Source: Nemertoderma westbladi
Lineage: Eukaryota; Animalia; Xenacoelomorpha
Direction: 5' to 3'
Length of the DNA: 53,088 nucleotides
Assembly: GCA_032718475.1 (NCBI GenBank)
Contig: JAUCBJ010000973.1
Coordinates: forward strand, 1-53,088
The notes beneath the pieces are model-generated. The model did no database searches. It was given only the letters and a program-made list of their open reading frames with translations, and was not told the origin of the DNA. This document shows positions 46,563 to 53,088 of this stretch, in pieces. The translations under genes were made by a program, and so were the position numbers. Each line of letters opens with the position of its first letter. The first letter of the stretch is position 1.

Positions 46563-47887
46563 CGCAAACGCGTTAGGCTCCTTATATTGTCACTATTACG
46601 ATAAATTTCATTGGAACTGATGCTATTCAGGGCGTTGGACTGCGTACACGTGCGCGTATTATTTCACCCAAGAATAAACTGTAAATGCCATGAATTATTT
46701 TTAAAAATACGATTTGAACGGTGTTATATATTTTAACTGCTAAACGTAACGTAGAATATAAAAATGCGTGATTTAATGGGTACGACATATTCGTGATTGT
46801 TGTCAAAACGACTAATAAATAGGCGAAAACGTATTCACACAAGTTCTGATAATTTAAAATAAAAACATTTATCCAAACAACCAAAACCATAGTATCGTAT
46901 TAAATATTCCATTTAAAATATAACTACGTATTGATTATTGAATGCATGCTTAATATTGTAGAGCACAGTTCGTTACATACCAGCGCACGGGCCATATCCT
47001 TTTAACGCAGCCTAGTGGGCCTACAACTTTGCTGCGTTGCGGCATATAGGATGGGACGCTGCAAAGTAATCACTAACTTAGTAACAAACGATAAACTTCT
47101 AGAATTAAGTACACCAGTGTGAAAAGGGCACACAAATTCAGCGTTTCACCCTTATATATTTAAGTATACAAACCCCACCCCTACCCACCAATTTTTAGGC
47201 TAGTTCGTTTTTTGTCAAATTTTTTCAAAATGTGAAGTGTTGATTAATGGGCCACGTGTAAAAATCGATAATAAAATGAAAATGAAAGTAAAACTAAAAA
47301 AACGAAAGTGAAAGTAAAACTAAAACTAAAATGAAAATATAAGTTTTTAAAACTAAAATGAAAACGAAAGTGAAAGTAAATTTAATACTTTTTTAATTTA
47401 GAAAATTAATGAAATTTAATTCACTCAACAACTCATTGATGAAATGTAGTGGCTCTAATGGGCCACCATAGACGTGTAATACTAGTAGTGTGTGTATACT
47501 GTATAAAGCCATGCCATCTAGACACATACACAACACCCCGTGTGTACTCAACAGTTAGGAGCACCCCTTCTACTATAAATAAGCGAACTTTTAAGTTTTC
47601 AATATATTTTATGTGCATTCCAAACACAGAACACCCAATCAATGCTTTCCGGTTAGAACAATGATGGACTGATATTAGTACTACCTCGAGTTAAGAACAA
47701 GATAATTTTGGCGAATATAAAATTTATTATTATAATCGAATTACAATATTAATTTATTAACTCATAAATGAAAATTGTAAACTACTATATTTATATACAA
47801 TAACAATGATTTATGAAGAAAATTACAAGCACTCAAAGATAAAGAAATATATTTAATAATATTTTAACTTTAAACCACCTTTATTAT

Positions 47888-49273
47888 TTATATACCGGTG
47901 GCTGTGTCATCCATCACTGAATCATTTCGAGCAGAATATAAGACGTGAGTTGGGACAGACGGAAGTTGGTTTACTAAACTCTCACTCAGTTCCAGAGCAT
48001 TGAGTTCGTCTAACAACGACTCGTTACAAACAGATGCCTGAGAGTTAAACCCAATAGGTTGACGAGTTTCAACTAAAGGTTTAGCATCTTTTGTCTTATT
48101 AAACCCCTTGGAATCTCCGCTAACAATTAAACCCTCAAGTTCTTCCTCTAATTCCTTGTCATCTGCCTCGATGAAAGGAGACGATATAGTGTTGGAGAGC
48201 AGCTCGCTATCTTGGATAGTTTCTTGCACTTCGTCCATGGTACTGTTAGCATCTTCTATAGTTTCATCGTTAGTAAACATTCTTAAAGCACGATTACCCG
48301 CCTTTAAAGCCTCTATTACCAAACCATCGCTTTCGACACCCTCTACTTTACCTAATAACAACTCCATGTTATCTAAACCTTGTTGACTTTTCATTAATTC
48401 ACCCTCTAAACGTTTTTTCCGAGTAAGAACGCGTTTAGCTTTCGCCTTATCACCTTGCTTTACTAGAATGTGAGCTGAATGTCTGAGATTAGACACCTCA
48501 CTGGTTTGTTTCCCGATATTAATTCGGAGACTTTCGATTCCTTGACGGAGTTTAACTAAACCGCGGTCCACTTCAGTCACACAAACACTCCCACCGGCGA
48601 CGTCCCTAGGGCTACGAAACTTCACCAATGTTTCGTCCCCGCCACTTTCGCCGCGGCGCACACTCGCTTTACCCTCCCGTTGTAACTGAGTAAGCACAAT
48701 ATCCAGCGAACGGGGATCCGAACAATGCCCCGCGTAAAGGGAACTTAAATTACGGTAAGTGATGCAGTAATCGATTCGACCCTTACCTACTAAATCCCCG
48801 ACAAACGACACTAAATGTTGGCACTTAATCTGAAGTAGTTCAGGGACTACGTAGCAATTGTTGTCTGGGATAGAAGTCCCGTATATTTTAGACCAAGAGG
48901 TCTCCCAGGTCCACCGTAGTGGTCGCTTAATAAGAAGGTTTAAACCCCAAGAGAACCAAGATCCGTCTGAAGTTTGGAATTCATTTAGAGTTCGGATTAT
49001 CCCAGTGGAACGCATCTCCGTTATTATTGTCTCCCAGCCGAGTGGCAGTTTGCCATTGTGGCGCGTTCGTTCCATCATAGCGGTGGTATCGAAAGCCACC
49101 GAGTTGGTTTGGCGGCAAATATCTATCATTAGACGTGTCCAGAAGGAAACCTTGCTGTCCCATTGGGAGGGATTTACGTAACGGTCCGAAGGAAAATCCG
49201 ACATGAGGAAGGACATCCTAAGGTCGTCCTTCCAACAGTCTGGGTAATTAATATTAATATCACCTGATTCCAT
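47888..49273 (-). CDS. CHMP7: Charged multivesicular body protein 7 (ESCRT-II/III hybrid), single exon, 461 aa
   Basis: N-terminal WKDDLRMSFLMSDF..VNP..WDSKVSFW, SWFSWGLNLLIKRPLRW, and a C-terminal Snf7 domain (GDKAKAKRVLTRKKRLE..LDNME..VIEALKAG..ELEEELE). Confidence 0.93.
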   Translation of the reverse strand: MESGDININYPDCWKDDLRMSFLMSDFPSDRYVNPSQWDSKVSFWTRLMIDICRQTNSVAFDTTAMMERTRHNGKLPLGWETIITEMRSTGIIRTLNEFQTSDGSWFSWGLNLLIKRPLRWTWETSWSKIYGTSIPDNNCYVVPELLQIKCQHLVSFVGDLVGKGRIDYCITYRNLSSLYAGHCSDPRSLDIVLTQLQREGKASVRRGESGGDETLVKFRSPRDVAGGSVCVTEVDRGLVKLRQGIESLRINIGKQTSEVSNLRHSAHILVKQGDKAKAKRVLTRKKRLEGELMKSQQGLDNMELLLGKVEGVESDGLVIEALKAGNRALRMFTNDETIEDANSTMDEVQETIQDSELLSNTISSPFIEADDKELEEELEGLIVSGDSKGFNKTKDAKPLVETRQPIGFNSQASVCNESLLDELNALELSESLVNQLPSVPTHVLYSARNDSVMDDTATGI

Positions 49274-49818
49274 TATATTTATAATATGTTACGGTACCCT
49301 GGTACCGGTCTGCCGGTAGGCTAATCTCGGAAAGCCATAAAAGACAGCAAACTTGTAATGTTAGGCCTATATAAAATTTATTTCAAAAAACGGTACTTCA
49401 AGGCTGCAAGGCAACACTGCCGGTAATCAAAATGTCAGAATAAGTTTATAAATAATAATATACTGTATATTACAAAATTGTAACATTTAAACAAGTCCCT
49501 AAAAGGTGCCACCCTGCTCCATATGCTAGGGAAATTGAAATCGCAATAATTTTTATTGTCCGTTTAAATCACTCATGATGTCCTTGTGGAAAATGTGGAT
49601 ATACCTTTCACATAATTTATCAGTTTTATAATGGATCATGACTACTGTCTGTGTAGTGTTACGGATAGCGGCACCACTACTTACAACAGCACAGATCAGT
49701 TCATTAACTCATACATACTCGAAAAAACTATACTTATTATACATGTTATACCCCGTTACCGTTTGATAACGGTCGTCACAGTGATAGCGAAAACAACGAC
49801 CGTTTATTGACCGTTAAA

Positions 49819-50358
49819 GTGACCGTTTATTGTTTTGGTTAGAAAGGCCCGCCTCTGTAACCTGCTCCTTTTCTTCATTTAGTAAAGTGACTGTTTATTG
49901 TTTTGGTTAGAAAATCCCGCCTCAGTAACCTGCTCCTTTCCCTCAATTAGTTAAGTGATCGTTTATTGTTTTGGTTAGAAAATCCCGCCTCTGTAACCTG
50001 CTCATTTCCCTCAATTAGTTAAGTGATCGTTTGTTGTTTTGGTTAGGAAATCCGCCTCTGTAACATGCTCCTTTCTCTCAATTGGTATTGTTATCGTTTA
50101 TTGTTTTGGTTAGAAAAGACCATCTATGTAACCTGCTCCTTTCCTTCATTTTGGTAAAGTGATTGTTTATTGTTTTGGTTAGAAAATCCCGCCTCTGTAA
50201 CCTGCTCCTTTCCCTGATTTGGTAAAGTGACCGTTTATTGTTTTGGTTAGAAAGGCTAGCCTCTGTAACCCGCTCCTTTCCTTCATTTGGTAAAGTGACT
50301 GTTTATTGTTTTGGTTAGAAAATCCGGCCTTAACCTGCTCCTTGCCATCAATTGGTAA
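49819..50358 (-). repeat. 8 diverged tandem copies (~68 bp) of the shared MITE core
   Basis: Each unit reads GTGA.CGTTTATTGTTTTGGTTAGAAA..CCCGCCTCTGTAACCTGCTCCTTTCC..CA.TT.GTAAA. Confidence 0.92.
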
Positions 50359-51354
50359 TTGTTTTTGGCTATAAAATGAGTGTTTTGCTACGTCATGTGG
50401 TAATCGATTATCGACACCACAAACCCCACCACAAACTATTCAATTTAGAGTCGTTTACCACAGGCGCATATGGAAATCTATCTCATAGTCTATAAATCAT
50501 GGAATTTTGAATGTTTTGGCACAGGCATAGTGAAACCAACTGTCCGACAGACCAGAAATCAGCAGTCTGACAGTTTGAAGAAATACATACATAAAAAGTC
50601 ATTAAAGGACAACAAAAGTCATTGAAGGGACAACAAAAGTCATTATGCACAATTCGTAAAAAAATAAGGACAAAAAAAGTCAAACAAAAGGACATAAAAA
50701 ATCACTGCCAATTAAAATGATAGAAAGACAGAAAGATGCAGTGAATTGATATATTTTTGGTGGTTAATTCAAATTGTTACAGTCAGACAGTATTTCAATT
50801 ACAACTGTACATAGTGTACACATACTGACTAAGAGGGGGCTTACTGTATATATATAAAAAATAAACAGATAATCTCGCCATATTTTATTATATTTCATAG
50901 TCGCTTATCAACTCCAACACGAAAGTGGTTCGTTGTAAGTGGTTATGCACTAATACTCTAGTCAATGTACCTTAATCGATTTATTTAGGAGATTTCATTT
51001 CACATTTCTCAATTAATATTCCTTGTAGTGGTGAGTGTGCAGCCGTGTCTTAACGAACTGTAGAACCAATCGTTGACCCTATTACCTCTACCTCTTTCAC
51101 TACACTTATCTCAAAATTAGCATGTCCATAAAAATTATAAATTGTTTATCTATTACAATTTATTTCCAATTATAATTACAGTAATAATTTGAATTCGGGG
51201 TATTTTAATGTAATTATATTTATTTATTATCAAGCACGTTAAGTAAAAAACCTTACCGGTAGGTGTGTTAGTACCAAAGCATGTAAAAAACTAAAAAGCA
51301 ATTGGGCCTAGACGTTGCATGCAATCAGTGATCAGCTGGGTAGGTGCTAAAATG

Positions 51355-53065
51355 CACAACGAGCAACAATGACCAACAACAAGCAACAATGAGCAACAAC
51401 GAGCAACAATAAGCAACAACGAGCAACAATGAGTAACAACGAGCAACAATGAGCAATAATAAAGTACAACAACGAGCAACAATGATCAACAATGAGCAAC
51501 AACGAACAACAATGAGCAACAACGAGCAACAATGAGCAATAATAAAGTACAACAACGAGCAACAATGAGCAATAATAAAGTACAACAACGAGCAACAACA
51601 AGTAACAATGAGCAACAACGAGCAACAATGAGCAACAATGAGCAATAATAAAGTACAACAACGAGCAACAATGAGCAACAACGAGCAACAATGAGCAACA
51701 ACGAGCAACAATGAGCAATAATAAAGTACAACAACGAGCAACAATGATCAACAATGAGCAACAACGAACAACAATGAGCAACAACGAGCAACAATGAGCA
51801 ATAATAAAGTACAACAACGAGCAACAATGAGCAATAATAAAGTACAATAACGAGCAACGACGAGCAACAATGAGCAACAACGAGTAACAATGAGCAACAA
51901 TGAGTAATAACGAGCAACAATGAGCAATAATAAAGTACAATAACGAGCAACGACGAGCAACAATGAGCAACAATGTGCAACAACGAGCAACAACAATGAG
52001 CAACAACGAGCAACAATGAGCAACAACGAGCAACAATGGGCAATAATAAAGTACAACAACGAGCAACAATGAGCAACAACAAGTAACAATGAGCAATAAC
52101 GAGCAACAATGAGCAACAATGAGCAATAATAAAGTACAACAACGAGCAACAATGAGCAACAACGAGCAACAATGAGCAATAATAAAGTACAACAACGAGC
52201 AACAATGAGCAACAACGAGCAACAATGAGCAACAATGAGCAACAGTGAGCAACAACGAGCAACAATGAGCAATAATAAAGTACAACAACGAGCAACAATG
52301 AGCAATAATAAAGTACAACAACGAGCAACAACAAGTAACAATGAGCAACAACGAGCAACAATGAGCAATAATAAAGTACAACAACGAGCAACAATGAGCA
52401 ACAACGAGCAACAGTGAGCAACAACGAGTAACAATGAGCAACAACGAGCAACAATGAGCAACAGTGAGCAACAACGAGCAATAAAAAAGTACAACAACGA
52501 GCAACAATGAGCAACAACAAGTAACAATGAGCAACAAGGAGCAACAATGAGCAATAATAAAGTACAACAACGAGCAACAATGAACAACAACGAGCAACAA
52601 TGAGCAACAACGAGTAACAATGAGCAACAACGAGTAACAATGAGCAATAATAAAGTACAATAACGAGCAACGACGAGCAACAATGAGCAACAACGAGTAA
52701 CAATGAGCAACAACGAGTAACAACGAGCAACAATGAGCAATAATAAAGTACAATAACGAGCAACGACGAGCAACAATGTGCAACAACGAGCAACAACAAT
52801 GAGCAACAATGAGCAACAACGAGCAACAATGGGCAATAATAAAGCACAACAACGAGCAACAATGAGCAACAACGAGCAACAATGAGCAATAATAAAGTAC
52901 AACAACGAGCAACATTGAGCAATAATAAAGTTCAACAACGAGTAACAATGAGCAACACTGACCAACAACGAGCAACAATGAGCAACAATGACCAACAACG
53001 AGCAACAACGTCTTGCTCATTGTTGCTCGTTGTTGGTCATTATTACTCGTTGTTGTACTTTATTT
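51355..53065. repeat. AAC-rich satellite (GAGCAACAA[C/T] 10-mers interspersed with AATAATAAAGTAC); orientation flips near 53010
   Basis: Seen directly. It generates the long C/L/V-rich minus-strand ORFs. Confidence 0.96.
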
Positions 53066-53088
53066 GTAAGTGGATTGACGATTGATTT

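Noticed and set aside
49819-50358. CRISPR-like appearance of conserved blocks with variable linkers
   Set aside because: The linkers are homologous to each other rather than unique spacers, there are no cas genes, and the context is eukaryotic.
51291-53020. Long C/L/V-rich ORFs (up to 557 aa)
   Set aside because: They are translations of the AAC-rich satellite.

Overview
Eukaryotic, apparently metazoan, genomic DNA; the organism cannot be identified from the sequence alone. It holds seven protein-coding genes: ARHGEF17, MRPL17, a 5-exon PDIA4/ERp72, MFSD1, an orphan tail-anchored-type protein, an RIIa+IQ Sp17-like gene and CHMP7. Six of the seven have intronless coding regions. Intergenic and intronic DNA is dense with near-perfect tandem arrays (roughly 9-10 kb in total), MITE/foldback elements, RTE- and L2-type LINE remnants and a Deu/Nin-domain-like SINE. 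The most striking structure is a 5.9-kb unit (12596-18529) bounded by 1,044-bp inverted repeats of about 98% identity. It encloses a decayed BEL/Pao-type integrase followed by exonuclease-like and CCHC remnants, with no visible RT, gag or direct LTRs. Also notable are a ~60-bp core shared by MITEs with unrelated termini, and TACCGGTA/TAGGCCTA palindromes clustered at gene 5' ends. No rRNA, tRNA or CRISPR array was found. All alignments and counts were done by eye.
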